Part shown: in pieces, positions 1 through 8,997 of the stretch
How positions within the stretch are numbered: position 1 is the first letter of the stretch
How the letters are laid out: each line of letters begins with the position of its first letter
The notes under the pieces: model-generated
Database searches by the model: none
What the model was told of the DNA's origin: nothing
Seen by the model: the letters and a program-made list of their open reading frames with translations, nothing else
Translations under genes and position numbers: made by a program
Origin: Candidatus Latescibacterota bacterium
GTDB taxonomy: Bacteria; Latescibacterota; UBA2968; UBA8231
Reading direction: 5' to 3'
DNA: 64,000 bases
Assembly: GCA_965215195.1 (NCBI GenBank)
Contig: CBDCDC010000002.1
Span: 4,544,001 to 4,608,000, forward strand

Positions 1-588
1 ACGCGGGCCATTCGGGCGACCACCAGTAATTCGTTGTCACTTCTGCTTGCGTTCGGTCAAGCTGCTCATCAGGGGAAGGTTCATCAAATGGGGAAGGTTT
101 ACGGCAAGCAAGCACTGTTATTTCCGACAATTCTTGGATTACTACTTGGAAAACTCGGCTACAAGAAAGGAACCTATATGAAGAGTCCACCCTACTTGAT
201 CGGGCGACTGCTAAGTCTGGCCGATCAACTGCACGTGCAGTACTGCCATGAAGTGCGCAAGGGCCAAGTCCCGCCTCAACTGGTGGGCAATGCCCTCATG
301 ACAAGCGCGATGGAAACACCCGAAAAAGCACTCGCCTTGTTCTGGCAGCGTATCAAGCCGTATTACACTTGGGCGCAAACGATACAAGGCGGCGATGAAG
401 TACGGCTCGTCAAGTACTTCCTCGGCGAGATGGGTCGCGTATGCGCGTCACTTTCCAAGACGGATCTGCCGATCCGGTGTTCGGATACCGACAAGGTCGC
501 CATGTTGCTTGGATACCTCGCCCGTGCTGAAAAGGATAAATCCAACGACGATTCGTCGAATACCTCAAGCGAAGGAGAGCAAGAATGA
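1..588 (+). CDS. cas8c: Type I-C large subunit Cas8c-like, 5'-partial
   Basis: Frame is open from base 1; C-terminal PYLIGRLL...MLLGY pattern typical of Cas8c/Cas11c; stop overlaps the cas7 start (ATGA). Confidence 0.75.
   Translation, partial: TRAIRATTSNSLSLLLAFGQAAHQGKVHQMGKVYGKQALLFPTILGLLLGKLGYKKGTYMKSPPYLIGRLLSLADQLHVQYCHEVRKGQVPPQLVGNALMTSAMETPEKALALFWQRIKPYYTWAQTIQGGDEVRLVKYFLGEMGRVCASLSKTDLPIRCSDTDKVAMLLGYLARAEKDKSNDDSSNTSSEGEQE
178..588 (+). CDS. cas11: Putative Cas11c small subunit translated from an internal start in cas8c
   Basis: AAGAAAGGA Shine-Dalgarno just upstream of an in-frame ATG at 178 (MKSPPYLIGRLL...), 136 aa. Confidence 0.65.
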   Translation: MKSPPYLIGRLLSLADQLHVQYCHEVRKGQVPPQLVGNALMTSAMETPEKALALFWQRIKPYYTWAQTIQGGDEVRLVKYFLGEMGRVCASLSKTDLPIRCSDTDKVAMLLGYLARAEKDKSNDDSSNTSSEGEQE

Positions 589-1442
589 CTGTCGTTACTA
601 CCAACGACGTGAAACGATATACGGGACTTCTAATCATTGAAGTCGTCAATTCCAATCCCAACGGCGACCCGGATCGCGAGAGCGACCCGCGACAGCGGCC
701 CGATGGCCGAGGTGAAATTTCTCCTGTTTCGTTCAAACGCAAAGTGCGCGATTTGATCGAGGTGAAGGATGGAGTTGTCTGGCAAGCGATGCAAGCGGAA
801 ATGAACCTGAGCGACGATCAATTCGTGGTTCTTGAGTCGCGTGGACGAGACCGTAAGCAGATTGAACGCGAATTGAGAGACGGATCCTTTCAGGACAAGT
901 ACTGGGATGGGCGAGTATTCGGAAACACTTTCTTGGAGGAAGGAGCTGCTGACACAATCAAGACGGGTGTCGTCCAGTTTGGCCTTGGACTGAGCGTGGC
1001 CCCGATCGAAATCAGTCGCCACACCAACACAAACAAGGCCGGAGTGGAAGGAGACAAAGACCGCGGTATGGCACCAATGGGATATCGTTTTGTGCCACAT
1101 GGGGTCTATTGTATGCCATTCTTTGTGAATCCGTCCGTGGCTCACAAATCGGGTTGCACGCAGCGAGATATCGACTTGTTGTTCAAAATCATCCCACACG
1201 CCTACGCGCATACTCGGTCTCACGCCCGGCCGCTAGTCGATCTACGTCACGCTTGGGTGGTTGAGCATAAATCGGCACTGGGATCTTGCTCCGATTTCGC
1301 GATTATGGATGCTCTGACGCCAACCCGGAATGGAGATTCCAGCGAACCCTCGAATACCTGGGCCGATTACACCGTGCCGACAAAGTTACCAGACGAATTG
1401 GCCGTTCGTGTCGCGAAAGTTCAGGATTTGGTGGTGGAATGA
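585..1442 (+). CDS. cas7: Cas7 (Csd2-like) backbone subunit
   Basis: NSNPNGDPD..PR motif, VSFKRKVRD, YWDGRVFG. Confidence 0.9.
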   Translation: MTVVTTNDVKRYTGLLIIEVVNSNPNGDPDRESDPRQRPDGRGEISPVSFKRKVRDLIEVKDGVVWQAMQAEMNLSDDQFVVLESRGRDRKQIERELRDGSFQDKYWDGRVFGNTFLEEGAADTIKTGVVQFGLGLSVAPIEISRHTNTNKAGVEGDKDRGMAPMGYRFVPHGVYCMPFFVNPSVAHKSGCTQRDIDLLFKIIPHAYAHTRSHARPLVDLRHAWVVEHKSALGSCSDFAIMDALTPTRNGDSSEPSNTWADYTVPTKLPDELAVRVAKVQDLVVE

Positions 1443-3676
1443 TGTTGCTCGCACACAGTCCGCAACCAAAGAACGAAATTCCCGCTCAACTGTATGCCGA
1501 ACACATTGAGAACGTCATCGAGTCGGCGGTTCGCCATGCTGGTGAACTGAATACCTATGCGACCGACGGTCAATTGCTCAAGCAGGTCGTTCAGTTGTCA
1601 GCCGAATTTCACGACCTCGGCAAACTTGACCCGGCGAACCAAGCTATTCTTTCGGTAGGCGGCAATGGTCGTCTACCAGTGAATCATGTCGATGCAGGTG
1701 TCGCACATCTGCTGAAAGCTCCGCCGCAACTGGCCGCACTATTGGCCGCAATTCTCGTCTTTTCGCACCACCGAGGCTTGCCGGAGTTCAGCGAACATAC
1801 AACGCGAGAAGCCGGACAACCATTCCGCGATTTGGAGTCGGACGAATCTGGACGCATAACAAAAGATCGCACTGACAAACGGCTAGCGGAATACTTGCAT
1901 CTGCACCAATCGGTCGTCGCGAGCATAGGGCAGTCAACGCACTTGACCGAGCAATGCCGTAGCGATCGGTCCGTATTCCTCCGTTTGGCACTGTCTTGTC
2001 TGGTTGATGCCGATCACTTTGATACGGCGCGAAATTATGGACAAGCTTTTTCCGTTACAAGCCCAGAACTCGAGCCGGCCGCACGGCTCGAACTTTTGGA
2101 TCGCTACGTTACTGGATTATCCGAGGACAAAGAAGACGAGCGCACACGCCTGAGACAGGACGTTTATCGCGCTTGTCGCAATGCCGATCCGTTCAGTGAA
2201 TCATTGGTGGCCTGCGATTCTCCCGTTGGTTCCGGAAAGACAACGGCAATCATGGCGCACCTATTGAACGTAGCGGTTGCGCGGAAACTACGGCGAGTAT
2301 TTGTCATTCTACCGTACACTAATATCATCGACCAGTCGGTTCGAGTTTACCGAGATTCAATGGTAAAGCCTGACGAGGGCCCCAACCGAGTCGTCGCAGC
2401 CCACCATCACCGTGCGGAATTCGACAACCTTGCGACTCGACATCTGACTTACCTGTGGAACAACCCCGTCGTCGTTACAACTGCCGTTCAGTTTTTTGAA
2501 ACGCTCGTTGCCTGTCGAACTGGGGCACTGCGAAAGCTTCATCAAGTCGCTGGATCGGCGATCTTCATCGATGAAACTCACGCCGCGCTACCGGCACACT
2601 TGTGGCCTGTTGCATGGAAGTGGCTGCAAGAATTGAAGAACAACTGGGGCTGTTACTTCGTCGTTGGGTCGGGATCGCTGAGCCGCTTCTGGGAGTTGTC
2701 GGATTTCGTTGATCCGATTTCGAACGTACCTGATCTGGTGGATGTGCGTGTGCGGGCCGAGAGCCTGGATCGAGAGGCAACGCGCGTCACCTATCAATCG
2801 CATCCGGATCCCATGACTTTAACGACGTTGAAACCGTGGTTACTCCAACTGCCGGGTCCGCGACTGCTTATTGTGAACACCGTCCAATCGGCAGCGATCA
2901 TCGCACGCTATCTCGCCGACTGGGAGAATCGAGATGACTGGCAATCAAATCATCCTCAAGTCGAACACCTCTCAACTGCACTTACTCCGACTGACCGCGA
3001 GATTACTCTGAAGCGAGTCATTGGCCGACTCGCAAACAAAGAAGATCGAGATTGGACGCTCGTGGCTACTTCCTGCGTTGAAGCTGGGGTTGATTTTTCG
3101 TTTCGGACGGGCATCCGCGAACGCGCTTCCTTGAACAGCCTGTTGCAGATCGCTGGCCGAGTGAACCGTGAAAGTAAGTATGAGTCTGCCGACGTTTGGG
3201 ACATTCAATTGGTCCATGACTCGTGGCTTCGACCCCATCCGACATTTGAGCATTCATCCACCGTATTGGGAGAGCTATTCAATGAAAGAAGAGTTGGTGT
3301 GAGTTCCTGCACTGAGGCTCTGCGGCGTGAGATTCGCCGCTCGCGGCTGAAGAAAGATGAATTGCTTAAGGCTGAAAGGACTCAGAATTTTCCAAAGGTT
3401 GCCGAATTGTTCCGCGTCATTGACTCGCCTACACTAACAGCCGTCGTTGATGAGACGCTTAAGGATGCGATTGAATCAGGTCAACGAGTTCCAAACCAAG
3501 AGCTTCAAAATGGAAGCGTACAGATCTACACGTCACGCGCCGAAGATTGGGCGTTGCGCGAGTTCGATCACATGCCCGGACTATTCGCGTGGAAACTTAT
3601 GTACGATTCCTTCTTAGGATTCATGGCGGGAGTGCTTCCACTCGTCGATGGCGGCGCAAAGGGGTATATGGTGTGA
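1439..3676 (+). CDS. cas3: Cas3 HD nuclease-helicase
   Basis: HDLGK HD motif, LVDADHFDT, Walker A PVGSGKT, DETH box, QIAGRVNR; ATG at 1439 overlaps the cas7 stop. Confidence 0.93.
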   Translation: MMLLAHSPQPKNEIPAQLYAEHIENVIESAVRHAGELNTYATDGQLLKQVVQLSAEFHDLGKLDPANQAILSVGGNGRLPVNHVDAGVAHLLKAPPQLAALLAAILVFSHHRGLPEFSEHTTREAGQPFRDLESDESGRITKDRTDKRLAEYLHLHQSVVASIGQSTHLTEQCRSDRSVFLRLALSCLVDADHFDTARNYGQAFSVTSPELEPAARLELLDRYVTGLSEDKEDERTRLRQDVYRACRNADPFSESLVACDSPVGSGKTTAIMAHLLNVAVARKLRRVFVILPYTNIIDQSVRVYRDSMVKPDEGPNRVVAAHHHRAEFDNLATRHLTYLWNNPVVVTTAVQFFETLVACRTGALRKLHQVAGSAIFIDETHAALPAHLWPVAWKWLQELKNNWGCYFVVGSGSLSRFWELSDFVDPISNVPDLVDVRVRAESLDREATRVTYQSHPDPMTLTTLKPWLLQLPGPRLLIVNTVQSAAIIARYLADWENRDDWQSNHPQVEHLSTALTPTDREITLKRVIGRLANKEDRDWTLVATSCVEAGVDFSFRTGIRERASLNSLLQIAGRVNRESKYESADVWDIQLVHDSWLRPHPTFEHSSTVLGELFNERRVGVSSCTEALRREIRRSRLKKDELLKAERTQNFPKVAELFRVIDSPTLTAVVDETLKDAIESGQRVPNQELQNGSVQIYTSRAEDWALREFDHMPGLFAWKLMYDSFLGFMAGVLPLVDGGAKGYMV

Positions 3677-3729
3677 ACCGATACCGATCCCTACTTGATG
3701 TATTTTAAGAACAGTGAAGTGTCGATATT

Positions 3730-4359
3730 ATGAAATCACCCGATCCCCCTGACCCCATCCCTCTCTCGCTCCTCAATGACTTCCTCTATTGCCAGCGCCG
3801 GGCGGCGTTGAAAGCAGTTGAGGGGTGGCGCGGGACCAACGAGCACACCGTACTCGGCGATAGTGTCCACGAGCAGGCCGACGTTTCCGGCTACGAAACT
3901 GTCAGGGGCGTGACTTTGTTGCGTGCTTTACCTGTCTGGTCGGCTCGGCTTGGACTCAACGGTAAGTGCGACATCGTTGAGCAGCATCCCGACGGTTCGC
4001 TGGTCCCGGTTGAGTTCAAAAAGGGCAAACGCCGCAAATTCGACAACGACGACGCCCAGCTTTGTGCGCAAGCGTTGTGTCTCGAAGAAATGTTTGGGCG
4101 GGACATTCCCCGAGGAGCCATCTTCCACGCCAAGAGCAAACGCCGCCGCGAGGTGGAATTTACCGAGGAGTTGCGCCGCCTCACCAAACAGGCCATTGAA
4201 GCCATACACCGGCTGATCGAAGAGGAAGCAGTTCCACAAGCCGTCCATAAGCCTCAATGTTCCGAGTGCTCGCTTTTCGACCATTGCCTTCCCGAAATCA
4301 CCAGTGTTCCGCCCACGCTGACGCGGGCCTATCGGGCAGTATTCGATACCACCGACTAG
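3730..4359 (+). CDS. cas4: Cas4 RecB-like nuclease
   Basis: YCQRR, GKCDIVE, PVEFKKG, QLCAQALCLEE, C-terminal CxxCSLxxxC. Confidence 0.93.
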   Translation: MKSPDPPDPIPLSLLNDFLYCQRRAALKAVEGWRGTNEHTVLGDSVHEQADVSGYETVRGVTLLRALPVWSARLGLNGKCDIVEQHPDGSLVPVEFKKGKRRKFDNDDAQLCAQALCLEEMFGRDIPRGAIFHAKSKRRREVEFTEELRRLTKQAIEAIHRLIEEEAVPQAVHKPQCSECSLFDHCLPEITSVPPTLTRAYRAVFDTTD

Positions 4360-4387
4360 AGCCGCCCGGCTCTCCGTGCCGAGCGAA

Positions 4388-4425
4388 GCCTCGCCTTGAT
4401 TCGGTAAGGGAGAACAGATTGCAAC
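4388..4425 (+). repeat. Degenerate solitary CRISPR repeat overlapping the cas1 RBS and start
   Basis: GCCTCGCCTTGATTCGGTAAGGGAGAACAGATTGCAAC matches the array repeat at 30/37 positions plus a 1-nt insertion. Confidence 0.8.
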
Positions 4426-5474
4426 AAAATACTCTTTACCTGACGACGCCGGGCACCGTAGTACACAGGGACCATCTGACGCTGCGGGTTGAGATCGAAA
4501 AGCAAACCCGTCTGACTGTGCCCATTCACCATTTGGAAAGCATTTGCGCGTTTGGGCAGGTCGTGGTTACGCCTCCGGCCATGGCCTTGTGCTGGGACCA
4601 TCAGGTGGCGGTGCATTACCACACCGAGAACGGCTATCTGCTGGCGCAAGTCTTGGGAAGCGGAGACACCCGCTACTTGCTGCGCCGGGCGCAGTATGCC
4701 GCGGCTGACAGCCCGCAGGAGGCATCGCGCATTGCCCGGCAATTCGTCGCTGGAAAGCTGCAAAACGCACGCTCCAATCTCTTGCGGGCCGGCCGGGAAG
4801 CTGAGGATGATGCAGATCGCACGGCCTTGGCGGACGTGGCTGACGAACTGGCTCAACTGATCCGCCAACTCGGCGATGCCCCACCTGTTGCTCCAGACTG
4901 CGGGCTTCGGGAGGCACTTGACCCGATCAGGGGCTTAGAGGGGATGGGTGCCAAGGCGTATTTCTCAGTGTTCCAATATATGCTCAAGCAACAGCGAGAG
5001 GATTTCAGGTTCGTAACCCGCTCGCGGCGTCCGCCTCGGGATCGGATAAACTGCCTACTTTCTTTTATATATGCTCTGGTCCGCCACGATTGTTTGGCTG
5101 CGCTGACGACCACTGGGTTGGACGCTTATGTCGGTTGGCTTCATGCAACGCGGGCGGGAAGGCCGGCTTGCGCCTTGGATCTAATGGAAGAGTTTCGGCC
5201 CTGTTTGGCAGAGCGGCTGGCGTTGACCCTGATCAATCGACGGCAGATCGAGTCCAAACACTTTCGCGAGCGGGAGGGCGGTGCCGTAGAATTTACCGAG
5301 CGAGGCAGGAAAGAGGTCATCCAAGCTTGGCAACGGCGCAAGCAAACAGAAGTAAAACACGCCCTGTTCAAGCAAAATATCCTTTTGGGGCAAGTTTTCA
5401 GCATTCAGGCCAAGTTGTTGGCTCGCAAGCTCCGCGGCGATGTCCCTGACTATATCCCCTTCATTCCTAAATAA
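4419..5474 (+). CDS. cas1: Cas1 (type I-C)
   Basis: QQNTLYLTTPG N-terminus, RGLEG, RRPPRDRINCLLSF, LDLMEEFR; probable TTG start after AAGGGAG. Confidence 0.92.
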   Translation: MQQNTLYLTTPGTVVHRDHLTLRVEIEKQTRLTVPIHHLESICAFGQVVVTPPAMALCWDHQVAVHYHTENGYLLAQVLGSGDTRYLLRRAQYAAADSPQEASRIARQFVAGKLQNARSNLLRAGREAEDDADRTALADVADELAQLIRQLGDAPPVAPDCGLREALDPIRGLEGMGAKAYFSVFQYMLKQQREDFRFVTRSRRPPRDRINCLLSFIYALVRHDCLAALTTTGLDAYVGWLHATRAGRPACALDLMEEFRPCLAERLALTLINRRQIESKHFREREGGAVEFTERGRKEVIQAWQRRKQTEVKHALFKQNILLGQVFSIQAKLLARKLRGDVPDYIPFIPK

Positions 5475-5764
5475 TGTTTATCCTGATCGCGTACGACGTT
5501 TCCACGACCGACCGTGCTGGGCAACGGCGGCTGCGCCAAGTGGCAAGAGCCTGTAAGGATTACGGCGTCCGAGTGCAGAAATCTCTTTTTGAATGCCAGT
5601 TGGGAAAAACTGAATGGGCGGCTCTCAGGAGTCGTCTGCTGAAAGAAATTGATCCTAAACAGGATTCGCTCAGATTTTATCATCTGGACGAAGACGCTAG
5701 GGATAAGACGGAGCATCACGGACTCGGTGAACCCGTGGACTTGAATGAACCACTGGTCTTATAG
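5474..5764 (+). CDS. cas2: Cas2
   Basis: ILIAYDV, RVQKSLFEC, DSLRFY. Confidence 0.95.
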   Translation: MFILIAYDVSTTDRAGQRRLRQVARACKDYGVRVQKSLFECQLGKTEWAALRSRLLKEIDPKQDSLRFYHLDEDARDKTEHHGLGEPVDLNEPLVL

Positions 5765-5944
5765 CGTGCGCGAAAGTGGAGTGACGGCGTTTTGCGCTTG
5801 CTTTCGCGCTGTTAGTAACTTTATGGCTAACAATAAGTTACAGCGAGGAATATGCTCTCGCTTTGGTAGTAGGATGCCTGAGAAAGGAGGTTCGCGCATC
5901 CACTTGTGTAACCTGTTGGTATTCCGCTGGTTACAGCAACCAGC
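5765..5944 (+). promoter_or_regulatory. CRISPR leader
   Basis: Non-coding, lower-GC segment between cas2 and the first repeat; the degenerate repeat is at the opposite end of the array. Confidence 0.75.
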
Positions 5945-8900
5945 GTCTCCCCTTGCTTCGGTGAGGGGAGCGGATTGAAACCACGACCTGGGCGCGCGCC
6001 AGCGGACCGGCCTGGGGTCTCCCCTTGCTTCGGTGAGGGGAGCGGATTGAAACGCATTGTCACGTGTTCGTCAGATTGTAGCACCCGGTCTCCCCTTGCT
6101 TCGGTGAGGGGAGCGGATTGAAACATTCGTCGTCCACCGGCTGGCCCCGAAAAACCTGGTCTCCCCTTGCTTCGGTGAGGGGAGCGGATTGAAACGCCGT
6201 CGGAGGAGCCGGCCTGCTCAAAAGCGACCGGTCTCCCCTTGCTTCGGTGAGGGGAGCGGATTGAAACTCGGGATCCTATTTCGATTTGTGGCACCAACAG
6301 GGGTCTCCCCTTGCTTCGGTGAGGGGAGCGGATTGAAACACGGCCGAGGACACGACGACGACCCAGACCTACACGTCTCCCCTTGCTTCGGTGAGGGGAG
6401 CGGATTGAAACAAAAATGGAAGCATCGATAGAGGCCTCGGCGGGGGTCTCCCCTTGCTTCGGTGAGGGGAGCGGATTGAAACCTCTGATTTTTCTGTTTG
6501 ACTGCTCTGCGCTTTCTGTCTCCCCTTGCTTCGGTGAGGGGAGCGGATTGAAACCTCGACAATCTCCTGCCTAGCGGCGTTGCCTTCCGTCTCCCCTTGC
6601 TTCGGTGAGGGGAGCGGATTGAAACTTTTTAGCCCAAGCGGGTTCTCAGCCGCAGCCGCGTCTCCCCTTGCTTCGGTGAGGGGAGCGGATTGAAACAAGC
6701 AGAAGTCGAAGCGAAGATTGGGAAGTGAACAAGTCTCCCCTTGCTTCGGTGAGGGGAGCGGATTGAAACGCGCACGACGACCGAGATCGCCACGGACTCG
6801 TATGGGTCTCCCCTTGCTTCGGTGAGGGGAGCGGATTGAAACAGCGGTGCCGCGGGGGGCAAGCCGTGCAGCTGGCGTCTCCCCTTGCTTCGGTGAGGGG
6901 AGCGGATTGAAACTACATCTAGAAGACAGCCGCATCGGGTGGTCGCCGTCTCCCCTTGCTTCGGTGAGGGGAGCGGATTGAAACAGCATCCCGCCGGGGA
7001 CCCAGAACCCTATCCAGCGTCTCCCCTTGCTTCGGTGAGGGGAGCGGATTGAAACAAGCGGTAGCTGGTCCCTGCAAGGCAGGGGTGAGGGTCTCCCCTT
7101 GCTTCGGTGAGGGGAGCGGATTGAAACTTTGACCCGGCGACGGCCGACCAGTCGGCGTTCCGTCTCCCCTTGCTTCGGTGAGGGGAGCGGATTGAAACAT
7201 AAAAATCGGGACCGGCGGATGTCGGAACCTCCAGTCTCCCCTTGCTTCGGTGAGGGGAGCGGATTGAAACGATGCTACCCCTACCTATAATGATCTTGGC
7301 CATGGTCTCCCCTTGCTTCGGTGAGGGGAGCGGATTGAAACTTGGCCGAGGCGTACCTCCACAACACGGCTCGATGTCTCCCCTTGCTTCGGTGAGGGGA
7401 GCGGATTGAAACACTATAACGTACGAAATTGAGGGGCTCCCCGACTGGCGTCTCCCCTTGCTTCGGTGAGGGGAGCGGATTGAAACTCATTCGCCTATCT
7501 CCCTCGCGTTTGAAAATGAAGTCTCCCCTTGCTTCGGTGAGGGGAGCGGATTGAAACATGTAGCGCGTTGCGTCCGTGCCCGTATCCGCTTCGTCTCCCC
7601 TTGCTTCGGTGAGGGGAGCGGATTGAAACGCATCGATATTGGTGCCCGAATTTGTTGCACACATGTCTCCCCTTGCTTCGGTGAGGGGAGCGGATTGAAA
7701 CTCATTCGCCTATCTCCCTCGCGTTGAAAATGAAATGTCTCCCCTTGCTTCGGTGAGGGGAGCGGATTGAAACCCGGACCCGGAGGCGGCCACCGTCCTC
7801 TCGTGGCTGTCTCCCCTTGCTTCGGTGAGGGGAGCGGATTGAAACGCGTACAGCACGGAGGGAAAGCCGGACTGGCTGAGTCTCCCCTTGCTTCGGTGAG
7901 GGGAGCGGATTGAAACCACTACTGTTTCCTTCCGAAGGGAGAGTAACGCCAAAGTCTCCCCTTGCTTCGGTGAGGGGAGCGGATTGAAACGTATAATTGT
8001 ATCTTCTAACAAGACGAGGTCGAGGGTCTCCCCTTGCTTCGGTGAGGGGAGCGGATTGAAACCTGCCGTCTGCTGCGTCTTTGTCCTAATCTGACCTGTC
8101 TCCCCTTGCTTCGGTGAGGGGAGCGGATTGAAACAGTATTTCGTGCGCTTGCCCACCGAGCTCGCGTCGTCTCCCCTTGCTTCGGTGAGGGGAGCGGATT
8201 GAAACGGGCATCCCCTTGGATACCTACCGAGCGGCCCCCGGTCTCCCCTTGCTTCGGTGAGGGGAGCGGATTGAAACAAAGGTTGCCCATTCCAGTGCTC
8301 CACCGAATACTCTGTCTCCCCTTGCTTCGGTGAGGGGAGCGGATTGAAACTGCTGCTCAAATGTATAGGAAAAATCGGCGACTATGTCTCCCCTTGCTTC
8401 GGTGAGGGGAGCGGATTGAAACTGCGAGAAAGATATACTCGCAGATCGTGCGCGTTGTCTCCCCTTGCTTCGGTGAGGGGAGCGGATTGAAACTGCGATT
8501 CATCAGGCGCGCGAGGGCCGAGTCGTAGGTCTCCCCTTGCTTCGGTGAGGGGAGCGGATTGAAACAGTTATCTACTTGGATAGCTGGCCAATTGCCGGGA
8601 TGTCTCCCCTTGCTTCGGTGAGGGGAGCGGATTGAAACATTGGCAAGGCGCAAATCTGCATTGGGATGCCGGCCGTCTCCCCTTGCTTCGGTGAGGGGAG
8701 CGGATTGAAACACGACGGACAACACGGTTCAAAAGGTCGCTCAGTCTCCCCTTGCTTCGGTGAGGGGAGCGGATTGAAACGTCGTTGGAGAGATTGCGAA
8801 AATTGCGGCTGTGCGTCTCCCCTTGCTTCGGTGAGGGGAGCGGATTGAAACGTCCAGCCGTCCGATTTTTCTTTGTCTCTCTTGGAGGTCTCCCCTTGCT

Positions 8901-8996
8901 TCGGTGAGGGGAGCGGATTGAAACCACTACTGTCAGCCTAACGAGTGAGAGCATATCTTGTCTCCCCTTGCTTCGGCGAGGGGAGTGGATTGAAAC
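5945..8996 (+). CRISPR. CRISPR array, 43 repeats of 37 bp (GTCTCCCCTTGCTTCGGTGAGGGGAGCGGATTGAAAC) and 42 spacers of about 32-37 bp
   Basis: Counted by hand; hairpin CTCCCCTTGC-TTCG-GTGAGGGGAG and ATTGAAAC 3' end; last repeat (8960-8996) carries 2 substitutions. Confidence 0.98.
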
Positions 8997-8997
8997 T

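Noticed and set aside
4306-4350. Possible second pseudo-repeat making a mini-array with 4388-4425
   Set aside because: Only a weak ATTCGATAC resemblance, inside cas4 coding sequence; not convincing by eye.
4257-4418. N-terminal extension of Cas1 in the ORF track
   Set aside because: It overlaps cas4 in another frame; Cas1 similarity begins at QQNTLY.
5945-8996. Self-targeting spacers within the window
   Set aside because: None noticed by eye; an alignment is needed to exclude them properly.
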